Shown here: in pieces, positions 1-12,703 of the stretch | How the letters are laid out: each line of letters opens with the position of its first letter | Numbering within the stretch: position 1 is the stretch's first letter | Assembly: GCA_964036045.1 (NCBI GenBank) | Contig: OZ038378.1 | Coordinates: 143,592,001-143,656,000, forward strand | Direction: 5' to 3' | Source of the DNA: Eutreptiella sp. 'Long Island Sound 2002' | Taxonomy: Eukaryota > Protista > Euglenida | DNA: 64,000 bases | The notes under the pieces: model-generated | What the model saw: only the letters and a program-made list of their open reading frames with translations | What the model was told of the DNA's origin: nothing | The model's database searches: none | Program-made: the position numbers and the translations under genes

Positions 1-1230
1 ACCCCATCACCACGAGGCCCACTTTCAAGGCTTTTTGGACTTCTCAGGGGCCAAAATGCCCCAAAATGGGCTCAAAATGGGCTCATTTCACCCTTTTGTG
101 CACCCCAAATGGTCTACGATGAGTTTTGGAAAAATGTGTTTTTGACCCATTTTTGACCCATTTTTGGTCCCAAAACAGCCCATTTTCAAGGCATTTTGGG
201 ATTTTTGGAGGACCCAAATGGGCCACCACAAGCTCAAAAACAGTCCAAAAATACTTGTTTTGGCGTCGCACATGGTCTAGGATCATTTTTGCGGAAAGTC
301 ATATTTTTACCCCTTTCGGACCCTGTTGACCCATTTGGGTACCCACCTGTTTGGGCTTGGGCTTGCAGCTTGCCGCAGCCTAGTGGGCCTAGTTATTGGG
401 GTCTAGGCGTCCGTTTGGGCAATTTTGAGGGTTGGAAACCACAAAACGTGGGGGGTTGCGGGTGGAGTAGGTGCCCTCGGAATCGCATTTTGAGCCATGT
501 AGCCAAAGATATGGCCTATTCTTGGTTTGTGGCTGTCGGCAGTTGGAGCTTCTGGGGGCCTTTTTGGGCCGCTTCCGCGGCATATCATGGAGTCAGAGGG
601 CCGCAAAGAGCTCGTTGACACGGGGAAGTCAAGCGGCACGTGGAGTGTACCCACCGTTTCCCTTCGTTTGGCCGTTTTGAATGTGTTCCAGGGCATTTTT
701 GGCCCAAAAATGGCTGTTTTTGGCCCTAAACTGCAGTTTCTGAAACTGAGGTCCGCCACTTGCGAATCCCGTTCCCGGCCGCCTGCGTTGAGTTTCTTGC
801 TCAAACTTTGTGTGATTGTACTTCACACCCATAGGTATCATCCACCAAAATTTCAGCCGAATGTGAAGCACCACAACGGAGTTCTGATTTTTACCCATTT
901 CGCGCGTGCTGCTGCTTGCTGCTTGCTGCTGCTGCTTGCTGCTGCTGCTGCTAAACCTGGTAGGTCCACCCTAGACACTAAAAAGGGTTATAAAACCAAG
1001 ACTGGTTCCACCAGCTCGGTGACCATAACCCAAACCCCCCCCCCCCCCCCTCACCCCTGGCTGGACACCCCCCTGACCCCCGGCCAGACACCCCCCCGAC
1101 CCCTGTCTTGACCCCCCCCCGACCCCCGGCTTGACCCCCCCCCCCCAACTGCCCCCCCCCACCCTTTCCAAGTTTTGACAGATAGCTGGGGGGGGTGTCG
1201 CATTAGGACCGGTTGTAGTCGCCCCCCCGG

Positions 1231-1410
1231 GCGCTGTCCAAATTCTGATAGCGCTGTCCAAATTCTGATTGCGCTGTCCAAATTCTGATAGCGCTGTCCA
1301 AATTCTGATAGCGCTGTCCAAATTCTGATTGCGCTGTCCAAATTCTGATAGTGCTGTCCAAATTCTGATAGCGCTGTCCAAATTCTGACAGCGCTGTCCA
1401 AATTCTGACA
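1231..1410. repeat. Tandem minisatellite, 9 x 20 bp (GCGCTGTCCAAATTCTGATA)
   Basis: Direct reading: near-identical head-to-tail units with no spacers. Confidence 0.95.
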
Positions 1411-3387
1411 GCCATCACTGCGTTCTATGCGGACCTACCGCCATTCCTCACAGGGTTGATTCTGCATGTGTGCTACATGTTGCCCCTACGAATGGCACAT
1501 CCTACACACGCACGCCCGTGCAACAGCTAGCACCCCCTTGATGTACAGGGAACCGTCACTTCGTGACCGACATTGGTGGGGAGATTACAAGGGGCGGGTA
1601 AGGTACATGATGCTTCTGACCCACCTTGAGGCTTGTACTTGGGGAATCCTATAGAAGAGCAGCGACATATCACAACAAAAGAAACATGCACAACCTTGGC
1701 AGTCCACGGCCATGGTCCATGGTCCATGGTGCATGTGAATGGAACACCACAGCCCTCCTTTTGGGCATCGCACAAGTATCCTTTGACACGGGTCCCAGCG
1801 GTCCGTGGCAGCCGTCGGAATGCCCCCCCCCCCCCCATCATGGTGGAGGACACCCCCGCGACCCACAAAAACTGCACCACCATGGCAATCACTAGTTAGC
1901 ACCATCACGCCGCAAAACACGTTGTGTGTCGTGCAAATTTTGATGAAGTTTCATGGATTGAGAGCCATATCCACATACAACGGCAATGGCCGTCCAAGGG
2001 AAGGAATGGGATGCAAATTTTAAGCGGGCAAATAGTTTCAACCGGCTTACCAATGAACACTATTGCGCAGCCTTACTTGCAATCTTCAAATTCCTGTAGC
2101 CAAGAAACTCCGGTGTATGCCAAAGATGGCTTTCCAAAAGCGAACACCGAACCGCTTAGTATAGGAACATCAAATCAACACCAAATCATTGAACACCGCG
2201 AATGGTAAAGGTCCCCAAATGAACTACAAACCCGGGGAGCTACCGTTGGATGTTCACTAGACGTGGTGATGGGCTCATCGGACTCATCAGATCTCTTTGC
2301 TTTCGGCGCCGCTTTGTGACCTCTGGTCGCCTTCGGTGCTCTTGCCTACTTCGGTGCTCCCGCCGCCCTTGGTGGGTGTAGGAGTTCCAAACTTTTCCGT
2401 GCCTTCTTGCTTAGACGAGAAGCTAGGGAGAGACATAGAGGGTGTGTGTGTGTGTGTGTGTGCATAGGAATGCATCACTTTCTTACGACATGCACACAAG
2501 TTGAACACAGAGACGTTCAATTGAACACAATTGGATAAATTGAACGTGAGCAACTGTTTTGATGATTTGGCCTTCAGTTAAACAAAACTTGGTGCCTTTG
2601 GGTTGCTGTGACACTCGGGGTTCGGTAACCGCTTTCCCGACTGCTTGGAAGGTTTCAAGTGATTGTGCTCCTTGGAAGACTTTGATGGCAACATGTCAGT
2701 ACCATCGGAAGTAGCGGTCAACAAACATTGTGCATCCTTCCATGATTGCCACCAAGTAGATTTCCCGAGTGGCCCCTTTTTCCATGTATCAACGGACAGT
2801 TCCTTCTCTTTGATAGGTTGCGAGAGGGAAGCAAGGATACGAAGGCCCCAAGCTGGCTTTGTGAGTGTCGTTCAGCCTCACCCAAGTCCAATTGCACCTG
2901 TGCATGTGCGGGATGCTCCAAAATGATCTGCACACCTCGGGGACTAACTTACACGTTTGAAACCACCCCATGTGGAACGGAGCCGTCCCGCAAACACTGC
3001 ACTACGATGATTCTCAGCAGGGCTCCCGGCATGTGTGGCCAACGTGGGGGCGGTTGTCCCATGCACTGGTTTCATAAGGGCACCACGGGTCATTGTGAAT
3101 CCAATGACCTTTCCCGGGTATTGGTGGACGCATTCCTCTTTGTACCATTTGCGTGGGGCACAGTCAAAAATGAAGTAGGCTAGACTGCGAGGCCTGTTGG
3201 CCCCATTTGGAACAAACTGTCCAAAGCTGCAAAATGCCCAAGCTTGGAAAAGAAGAACCCAAGCAGCGGCGCTAGGGGCTCTGCTTTCTTCACGTGTCCT
3301 ATTTGCAATTATTCCGACTGCATGTAGCTCACTGTGCTTGCGACTAGGGTGTGGAGATTGATGCCTCTGAAACCAGCATCTTGGTTG

Positions 3388-3583
3388 CCACCACCACCAC
3401 CACCACCACCACCACCGCCACCACCACAATTTACCCCGCCGCCGCCACCACCACCACCACCACCACCACATTTTACCCTGCCACCACGACCACCACCATT
3501 TAGCCCGCCACCACCACCATTACCACAATTTACCCCGCCGCCACCACCACCACCACCACCACAACTTACCCCGCTACCACCAC
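3388..3583. repeat. (CCA)n microsatellite with interspersed CAATTTACCCCGCCG variants
   Basis: Direct reading; it accounts for the poly-Pro and poly-Trp ORFs in the track. Confidence 0.9.
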
Positions 3584-5033
3584 CCGAGGGGTGTCAATGG
3601 CACCCCATGGATAGCGCGAACGCCATCATCCACGGAGCTACAGATTTTGTCTCGTCCCATCCGCGACCAAAACCTCACCGCCGAGCCACACTCTAGGAAG
3701 ATCTTTCTACCAATCCTCCCTCCACGGCAGCTCTACGAGCATGATCTAACCACAAGGCAAAAACAAATATGAGACAGGCCTAGCGTCACCTGCGTCGATT
3801 TTGGATGGCAGCTATCAGGGGCACATCCACTTTCTTTGGTGCAATGAAAGCATGCTTCATCACGCTGTGTGGGGTTGCCAACCCGCAACCCTACCCAGAG
3901 TTATTACGTGATCATCTGCCACATTTTGCCGGCGATTCCCCATGGCAACCGGAAGCGTCTGCCTCAAACATTGTGGGCTAGCCGTGGGATCTCAGTTGAT
4001 CCCCCGTCGTGGTATGGTTTCACCAACGCGCTCAAGCAGTCCAAGGGGAAGGCGCTACAATGGCATTTGTACATTGCAGTACGTCATGTCGGGAGAGTGG
4101 TTCTATTCAGCCTGCATGGCTCCAAGCGCACATCGCCATCTATACAAGTCTAGTGTCCGTAGTGGAGCACGTGCGCAGCTACCAACCCATTAGTGTCTCC
4201 ACTAGAATGTATGCCATTATTGCGCGACTCTTGCTTCATGTCCTACGAGACCCATCCAATGTATCATGTGCCGGAGTGGCCCACATTCCAAGAGTGGTCT
4301 TGAGTACTCTTCGAACTTCTGGAGTCAGCCAAAAAAAAGTGCGGAATTTTTCTTGATTTCCCGTCCTCTTCTCTCCTTCTCCCTTTTGTGCACACATACT
4401 CATTGCATTGGATTCTTTTGTGAAGACTGCTTTCCTATACTTCGTTTGATTTGATTGGAACTTATCAAGGAATTGGACTTGGATTCCGTGTGCTCGGTTA
4501 AGTGTTGCATGATACAGAATTTCATCATTCGAGAAGATTTTCGTGTATTGATTTGCATTATCTTGTTGCTTCTGCCGGCAAGGATCTATGAATTTTCTTT
4601 AGGCTTCAATTTTCATCTTCTGGAATGGATCAAAACTTAACGCTTGAGATAATTTTGGGAACTGCACGGCATAACTGCACGGCATCACCACAAATGACAA
4701 GACACTCCTGGTGGGGAAAGATAACGAGCTATGCATCCTGCAGTATGAAGACTGGAAAATCAGTGACATTGGCTGCCTCCAGGGCAATAATGTAAGCAGG
4801 AAGGTTTGTGTTGTAGTGGGACATAAGATCCTGACGTGCAACTCAATGGTGTGCACTTGCTGTGCTAGTAAAATCTACGTTTGGTTTCCAATCATACATA
4901 CAATGTAACGGCACACTTGCATGGCTTATCCTTTTGGAATTGTCTGTTTTATGTGCGTGCCTTCATGATCATTATGCCAAAATTGTCTGTCCAGCTCATG
5001 TCACAGCCTTCCACTACACTTGTAGGTTCTCTC

Positions 5034-6038
5034 ATGCCGTCAAATGGCCTTCTGCGGCCACGGCTTTCCATGTGTCAAGGAAATCATATCCCACGATCCT
5101 GTGCATCTCGTGCGAGGCTCAGCACCCTCCCGCCCGCTCGCCGAAAAAGGTTTAGCACCGAGTTGTCTTGGAGTTTGACCGACGATTTGTCTGCCTTGCG
5201 ACAACACAGCGGCCTGGTCCATACCGTCAATGTACCCTTTGCGCCAAACACACAAAAGGCTGCCGTTCTCAGCGCCGTAGGTCGCTTAATGGAATTTGAC
5301 GTCAAAGTTGTACCTCACCTCCCTGCCCGCCACCTGGGCCCAGAGCCATGTTCAATCACGGAGTATGCCACCTTCGTGCAGTCGCTCTACCACTTGGGTG
5401 TGCGAGACCTCCTCCTTGTGGGCGGCGATGTACCTTCTCCGTTGACCACCTTCGCCAGCTGCCTGGAACTTCTGCAATCGCCGGTGTTCGAAGGATGTGC
5501 CTTCACAAGCGTTGGTTTTGGTGGCCATCCGGACGGCAACCCTTACGACCACGACTATGTGGCGTCCCTTCAGGCAAAACTTGCATTTGTGCGCGAGCAC
5601 CCCATCTCGAGCTTGAGTCCAGGCACAGCGCAGCAGTGGCCCGAGACGTTCTGTCTGACACAGGTGTGCTTCAATGCCGCCAGGCTGAGGGCGTTCATCT
5701 CATTCATGCAGCGTCGGAACGAAGGCGTGAAGGTCGTGGCGGGTTTGCCTGGGCCAGTGGACGGTGCTGGGCTCTTGCAGTATGCTGAGTTGTGTGGAGT
5801 CAAGACATCTCTGGAGCTTCTGCGTCGTCATGGCTGGTCTCTGGGCCGGGGGCTAGCGACAAGACTTGTTGAAGTGGTGCATGACCCAGCGGTGAGGAGT
5901 CGCGGGGAGGGCGGCCTGTGGTACAGCCCCAAACCAGTCGTGAACCAGCTGTTTGCCGAAGGCATCGACCACTTCCACTTCTACTCTTTTGCCGGGCTTG
6001 AACCAACGTTAGAATGGTTGCAGACAATGGCAGATTGA
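5034..6038 (+). CDS. metF: Methylenetetrahydrofolate reductase, short bacterial MetF-type FAD TIM barrel, intronless, with a probable N-terminal transit peptide
   Basis: Ordered MTHFR motifs FSTELS (catalytic E), PHLPARHL, LLLVGGD, GGHPDGNP, LQAKL, LTQVCFN, GLPGP, LLQYAELCGV. The ORF is open from 4881. ATG 5034 follows a pyrimidine-rich ...CACTTGTAG and is my preferred start (inference). Confidence 0.85.
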   Translation: MPSNGLLRPRLSMCQGNHIPRSCASRARLSTLPPARRKRFSTELSWSLTDDLSALRQHSGLVHTVNVPFAPNTQKAAVLSAVGRLMEFDVKVVPHLPARHLGPEPCSITEYATFVQSLYHLGVRDLLLVGGDVPSPLTTFASCLELLQSPVFEGCAFTSVGFGGHPDGNPYDHDYVASLQAKLAFVREHPISSLSPGTAQQWPETFCLTQVCFNAARLRAFISFMQRRNEGVKVVAGLPGPVDGAGLLQYAELCGVKTSLELLRRHGWSLGRGLATRLVEVVHDPAVRSRGEGGLWYSPKPVVNQLFAEGIDHFHFYSFAGLEPTLEWLQTMAD

Positions 6039-6109
6039 GGCGTGCCTTGGCGCAGGGGCAGGGGATGAGCAGCAGTTCTAATGTGGGCAGGGGATGAGCG
6101 CCAGTTCTA

Positions 6110-6560
6110 AGGTAGGGGTAGGGGATGGGGTACCCCAGTTTGACCCAGAATTTCAAACCCAACCTTTCCTACGGTTTTAACCACGCCGATTACACCCAAA
6201 TCAATTTCCGGTCCAAAATGGAAATATTTTTGCATGTCACGCCGCATGTGTGCCAGGGCAACATCAGTGCTGGTCAGCCCAGCCCAGGGCCATTCCATCC
6301 AAATATGGGTACGTCACCGGGGGTACCCCAGTTTGACCCAGAATTTCAAACCCAACCTTTCCTATGTTTTTCACCACGCCGATTACACCCAAATCAATTT
6401 CCGGTCAAAATGGAAACTTTTTTTGTGCCCTGCGCCACGCCCGGGCAGGGGCAAGATGAGTTCTGGTCAGCCCAGCCCAGGGCCATTGCAGCCAAATATG
6501 GGTATGTCAGCGGGTGTGCCCCAGTTTGACCCAGAATTTCAAACCCATCTTTTCCTACCT
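6110..6560. repeat. Three imperfect tandem copies of a unit of about 193 bp
   Basis: CCCCAGTTTGACCCAGAATTTCAAACCCA recurs at 6133, 6326 and 6519. Confidence 0.85.
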
Positions 6561-7429
6561 TTTTCACCATATCGATTCCACCCACCGAGCGGCAGTTCTA
6601 AGGTGGGGCCACGGCGGGTGCATCCGAACCCTACGGATGCCGTCTTCGGCGATTAGATTCGATACAAGGCCAAATGTCTAGCTTTAGGAACCTCCACACT
6701 GCGCACTGATGCCGCGGCTGCCCATAAGATGGCGGCGCACACATGGAGCCAACCGCAGACATACCACACTTGCGCATGGGTTGCTACTAGCATACACCTT
6801 GGCACACATTGTCCAGGCAGCAAAGTACCTGGTTGCACAGTGGTTTGCGTACCAGAGGGGTGCCCTTGATGCCGCGGCAACGGCCGCGCATGTGCGTGCG
6901 GCACAGTTGACTGCATCACACGCGAACATGCATCGCCTCCTACGGCAGGTCATTGCGTGGCTATTCCCATTGGAAGCACACTATGTACGCCATGGGCGCC
7001 AATTGGAACGATTTTCCATCGTGTGCTGCCTCTGGCAAGCGGAATGTGCCAACTCTGAGACACATGAGTCGCCTCCGAAGCGACGGTGCTGGAAACGTGC
7101 TGGTGTCTTGGGTGGTCGACCATCTTGTCCATGCCTACCGATGTAAAGAGCCGATGCACGGACATCACGCCCGTAACATTATTGTGGTTGTAGTTGGTTA
7201 GTGACACAGAGGACATGCCAAGCCCCACCCGCATCCCTCAACGTCCCCATACTCACAGGTTTTGCACGCCACATCATGCAGCACCCAAGCGATGATACTT
7301 CGCTGGGTGACACTCACCTAGGAGGTCCCGCATTTCTTGGCGCACACCACATAGGCGAAACCCCGCGGCCGTGTAATGACGTCATGGACGAGCTTGCACG
7401 GGTTCCCCTAGACTCTTGCACCCCACCCA

Positions 7430-7860
7430 GTACGCCCCCACGGACCGCCGACTTCAGTGATGTCGCCCATCTCCTTCACCAGGCCAGCCCTTGCAATGGG
7501 AGTTCAGTCGATACACTCATGCCTAAACGTTGCCGTTGCATCGGTCTCACCAACACGTGGCCTCATCACGGATGACGACTTAGTGGTTGCCACCAATGTC
7601 CCCAGTCACTCCGCCAGTCACATTGTAGCGAACTATCTTCGATGACTTCGAGCCGGCCTTCCTCATTGTCAAGTATTTGGCCACGCCCGAACTCAATGCC
7701 ACCCTTATGTCAGAACTTTTCTCCGCTTTGGAGCCGGTGGTCATGGCCACATGCCCGAAGTACCATACATGTCAGAATCATGATCCTTGAGCGATGCCCA
7801 TCAGCTTGCCTGCCACTATCCATTGGATGCCCCCCGATGACGCACGTTTCTCCCCATGAC
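7430..7860 (+). pseudogene. Possible highly decayed LINE RT N-terminal fragment
   Basis: Frameshifted pieces DFSDVAHLLHQASPCNGSSVDTLMP, WPHARSTI and MPISL loosely resemble the KAPGxDG / W..A.V / RPISL motifs. Weak. Confidence 0.25.
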
Positions 7861-9802
7861 ATAATTTTGCTTCTACCACAGATGATGCTAATAGGTGCCA
7901 TATGGCATGGTGGTCACCTACTGCGCTAGAGAGCGTCTCTGGTATACACAGCTCTGGGTTGTCGCCTTTTGCCCTGCCTTCTAGGGATCCCCTGTTGCCC
8001 ACTTTCCAATAACTGGCCTGAGTGCTCTTTCATTTCTGGATTCAGCCAAAAAAAGTTTCGATACCTCCCCCCTTGGCTTTGTGTTGTTTGCCACGTGCAT
8101 TGTTGGGTATGTTTTCGAGTTGCCCCCCCCCCCCCCAAAAAAAATTGAGACGTGTTGAATTGAGTAAGTCTGGCATGAGGTCAAGATCATGCTGGTTATT
8201 TCAAAACCTGTCATCATGGCCCCAACACATATGTAGATACACTTCCAATTACATACGTTCCACATGCCAGTGTTTGCACCTAAGATCTTGAAAATTGCAC
8301 GACATTGTAGAGAAGTGTACTCCACACACCGCACTCCACAAACCATGACTGAATTTCAGTAATGTAGCGTGATCTAAGATCTTCATTTTGCCCCAGGAGC
8401 ATGATCTCAGATCTTAGTTTTGCAGAGAAGTGCACTCCGCACTCCACAAACCGTGACTGAATTTCATTGCTACAACGTGACGTAAGATCTTAGCTTTGCC
8501 CTAAGGGGGGAGGGGTAAGGTATTTCAGAGTGTCTAATTAGAGACAGTCGCACAGACACCCACTCATACTATACAGCCAATGTTTATCTTAAGGGCCAGT
8601 CCCCATCTTCATTTTGCTATCTATTTGCACCCAAGTAAAGGCTGCTGGCTAGCGCATTTGGCGCATCTTGCCCCGTTGCAGGATCACAACCCTTGCCACC
8701 CCGAGTACATTTAATTCCGGCATTTTTTGTTGAGAGCTTCATGTGTTTGTCTGTTTCTGAGGATAGGGACACAGTGTGGGTTGGGGGCACAGGTGTACAG
8801 GGCGTGCATACATGCAAAATGTGCCGCCCCAAGGACACTCAGAAGTGCCCATGTTTGGACACTGAACGGCACCCAAGACATGTAACGGAAGAAGGGACAG
8901 GGGACCCCACACAGTATAGAGTGGGTACTGAAGGCATATGCATGTTTGTGGTCAACTGTCGTGGCACCCAAGAAAGAACAAAATGAAAAAATAGGACATC
9001 CGGCCCAAAGAGGTGATGAATTGCCACCTAGAGAGCGCCAGAGGGCAAGTAGCCAATCTCTTGTCCGCGCTGCAACAGCTAGATGCCATGCAAGTGCAGG
9101 TGAAACATTTGATATTTCAAAGACTTGCATGGTCTTGCACTTTATTTGCCTCATCTTGTGGATATGTGTGGTTGCAACTGAATGGGCCACTGTGTGACAC
9201 TCTCTGTATGCATTTTGTTGCCTGTAGGCTGCTGCTTCTGGGCTATATCCTTTTGGGGGCTTTTTCCTACTTCTTGTGTTTGAAAGTCCTTGAAAGTCCT
9301 ACCCGGTACCCTTCCTCAAATGTGAACATGCTGACCCTGTCAGTGTCTGTGAGCTCTGGAGTTGGACTAGGTATGATTCTTGACTCTCACCCACTCTTTT
9401 CCTCTCCAAATGTAGGAAGGGGTGGCAGTAATTATCTACAGTTAATGTCTGGTTTGCCTTCTGGTGTGGTGGTCGCCTGCTGCACTAGAGAGCCCTCTGG
9501 TATACGCATATGACCTCTATGTCTATGCATTGTGCCCCGCCTTGCAGGGATCCACTGTATCATATGTATGAGTCGCCCATATTTCCAAGAACTGTCTTGA
9601 GTGCTCTGCGAACTTCTGGAGTCAGTCAAAAAAATGTGGAGGAAGGGGTGGCAGTCATTGTGCAGAGGCTTTGGGAGGCCCCGCCATTTGGACCATGGGT
9701 TAGGGGTCACATGGAACACCCCCTCACTCCCTCTCTCCTCCAGAGTCCAGTCCTATGCCTGCAGACTGAAGGGGGCCTCCCCCAAAGTCCAGTAAAGCCC
9801 CT

Positions 9803-12703
9803 ATGCCCATAGACCGCCGGATGGGCGACTGTGGCCCCTGGTTTGCATGCACCACCGGATTCGTTGCCGTCGCTCTGGGGGTATGCTCATCACTCCTACC
9901 CACAGTTCTTGTGGACTCGGGTATTGGGATGCTGCACCTTGTGGGCACAGAGTTGGGGGCACCGTCCGGCACTGTGCATGGGGGGCATCATGGGCCGCAG
10001 CAGCACCTGCGTACCCCATGGGGGCCGAGCGGCAGCAGTGCCATGGCACGGGGCACTGGCACGGCGCTCAAAGCCACACCCTCGCAGCACAGGAACGGAG
10101 GACCGAACAGAGGGGCCCGCACGTGGAGACCCCGCAACGACGGCGAGGGCCGCAGCGTGCAACGGCGTGCCATGAGCTCCGGGTACCATCGCCCGCGACA
10201 GCGACTGCCTGAAGAGCAGATTGTCAGGCGGGCGGTGCAGGCGTTGTGGGAACGAGGCCGCAGTGGGCGGGCAGTGGCCACGACGCTGGAGGGCCTTGCG
10301 GAGGAGTGCAGGCGGGGGGCTCCGGGGGACAGAGCGCAGCTGCAGCGCGAGATGGCGGACCTCTGCGAGTGGGTGCAACAGAGTGTCGGCGGCCACTGGC
10401 CTGCCGATCTGTGCCGCACCGCCCGGGCGTTTGCGAAGCTGAGTGCGGGCAGCCGACCGGTGCAGAGGTATTTGAATGGGCCGGGGCGTGGGATGCTGCA
10501 CACCATCAGCCAGCGGGTCCTGGAGCCGGAGGTGCTGCGTGCTTTCAATGGGCGGCAGGCAGTGCAGCTTCTGCACGCGTACAGTAAGATGCAAGTGTAC
10601 GACGAAGCGTTGGTGCAGGGGGTCGGGCAGCGGATGCTCCGCCCGGACATCATGAGCCAGTTCAATTGGCAGTCCACGTCGATGACCCTGTGGGGGCTGG
10701 CGAAGGTGCGGGGCTCGCACGCGCCGCTGCTGGAGGCGCTCTCGTCACGCATAGTGGCTGGTGATCTCGTGGGGCGGCCCTCGCCGCAAAGTCTTGCGAA
10801 CATTGCGTGGGCCTTCGCCACCATGGGCCTTGCCGACCGGCGGGTGATGGCGGCCCTCGCGGATGAGATCCTGCGGGAGGGCGCGCTGGCGGAGTTCGAC
10901 GGGCAGGCGATCTCGACCACCGTGTGGGCCTTCGCCTCCCTCGAGATCCTGGACCCGGACCTGATGGCCGCCGTCGCCGCGCAGATCACGCGGGCCGGGG
11001 CGCTGGGCGGGTTCCGCTGCCAGACGGTCGCGAACACGGCCTGGGCCTTCGCCACGTTGGGCGTGAAGCCGCCGGGCCTCCTGCCGGCCCTCGGGGCCCG
11101 CCTGCAGCAGCTCCTGCGCGTTGAGGGGCTGGCCGCGTGCAAAGCGCAGGAGCTGGCGAACACGGCGTGGGCCTTCGCGACGCTGGACGAGCACCACCCC
11201 GCGATGGCCGGCATCGCGGCGGCCGCCCTGCGGGAGGGCGCCCTGGGGGCGTTCAGCCCGCAGAACGTCGCCAACACCGTCTGGGCGTTCGCCACTTTGG
11301 GGCTCCGGCGGGCCGACCTGATGGACGCCATCGCGGCCCGGGTCCTGCAGGAGGGGGCCCTGGACGAGTTCTCGGCGCAGGCGGTGGCCAACACCGCGTG
11401 GGCGTTCGCGGCGCTCGACGTGCGCCACGCCGAGCTCATGCCCGCGATCGCCGCCCGGGTCCGTCGGGATGGGGCCCTGGGCGAGTTCAGTGAGCAGGCC
11501 ATTGCGAACGTCGCGTGGGCGTTCGCGGCCCTGGGTTTCCATGACCCGGAGATGATGGACGCGATCGCGGCGCGGGTCATGCAGCCGGGCGTGCTGGCCC
11601 AGTTTGCCCCGCAGGGCATCTCCAACACGGCCTGGGCCTTTGCCACCCTCGGGGAGAACAACACCGACCTGTTCGCCGCGATCGCGCGGCACGTCGTGCA
11701 CGAAGGCGCGTTGAGCTCGTGGCAGGCGCAGAGCGTCGCGAACACGCTGTGGGCGTATGCCACGCTGCGCATCAACGTCCCCGACCTGATGGCCGCGCTG
11801 GCGGAGCGCTTCATGCAGGAAGATGTGCTGTCCACCTGGAACCCGCAGCATCTGTCCAACACGGCCTGGGCATTCGCCACGCTCGGCGTGCTCAATGCCG
11901 ATTTGATGGCTGCCGTCGCACGGCGGATACTGCAGGATGGCGTGCTGGATGAGTTCAATCCGCAGAATGTTGCCATCACCGTGTGGGCGTTTGCGACTTT
12001 AGACGTTTATGATGAGGACCTGATGGCAATCATCGCATCCCGGGTCCTGAAGGCGGGTTATTTGGTCGACTTCAATTCATGGAACCTCGCGAACACTGTA
12101 TGGGCGTTTGCGACGCTTGGTGTGCGGAATTCCGAGTTGATGACTGCTGTTGCGGCACTGATCGCGGCACGGATTACCCAGGGTGGTGCCGTCCATCTGG
12201 TGGCCACGTCCATCACAATTTGGTCATTTGCAACGTTGGGAGAATATCATCCTGACTTGATGGCAACGTTTGCATCCAGGATTCTGAAGGACGGTGCTGT
12301 GGCCGAGTTCCCTGCACAGAACGTCGCCCTCACGGTGTGGGCATTTGCCACCCTGGGCGTTTATGATGCTGACATGATGGCTGCCTTTGCCTCCCACATT
12401 CGGAAACCTGGTGTGCTGGATGAGTTTAATCCACAGAATCTCGCCAATACGGCGTGGGCCTTCGCAACCCTGGGCGCGCAAGATAGTGATCTCATGGCCG
12501 CCGTTGCAGCACGCTTCGATCAAAACCTGCAAAGCCGATGGAACGTGACAAGTTTCGCTGGTCAAGAGGCAGCCAACTTAGCCTGGGGCCTCGTGGTCTC
12601 GAATGCGTTGCTGGACAAGCCCATCGCTCAGCTCCTTGCGTTGGCAGTGGCCTTAGACGGTAGCCGGCCCCTGGCTGTACAACAGATTGGTCAGCTCCAT
12701 CAG
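9803..12703 (+). CDS. Exon 1 of an OPR/FASTK-like helical-repeat RNA-binding protein with a RAP domain
   Basis: 16 clear repeats, mostly 39 aa (consensus FxPQxxANTAWAFATLG..dLMxAxAxRxLxxGxL), plus about 3 degenerate ones. The hydrophobic N-terminus (WFACTTGFVAVALGVCSSLLPTVLV) is signal-like. The exon ends ...QLHQ at CAG|GT (12704). Start is ATG 9803 or 9821. Confidence 0.85.

Noticed and set aside
1231-1410. 20-bp array (and the 33-bp and 61-bp arrays) as CRISPR
   Set aside because: The units are contiguous with no unique spacers, there are no cas genes, and the context is eukaryotic.
3334-3696. Extensin-like poly-proline ORF
   Set aside because: Explained by a (CCA)n microsatellite; the flanks lack coding character.
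8523-8536. TTTCAGAGTGTCTA resembling the euglenid spliced-leader sequence
   Set aside because: Only a 13/14 partial match to my recollection of the leader, and it lacks the following T-tract and splice donor. Likely chance.
9896-11979. Long antisense and alternative-frame ORFs (9988-11979, 10745-11851, 9896-10720)
   Set aside because: Shadow ORFs of the very GC-rich repeat-protein exon, with no independent motifs.
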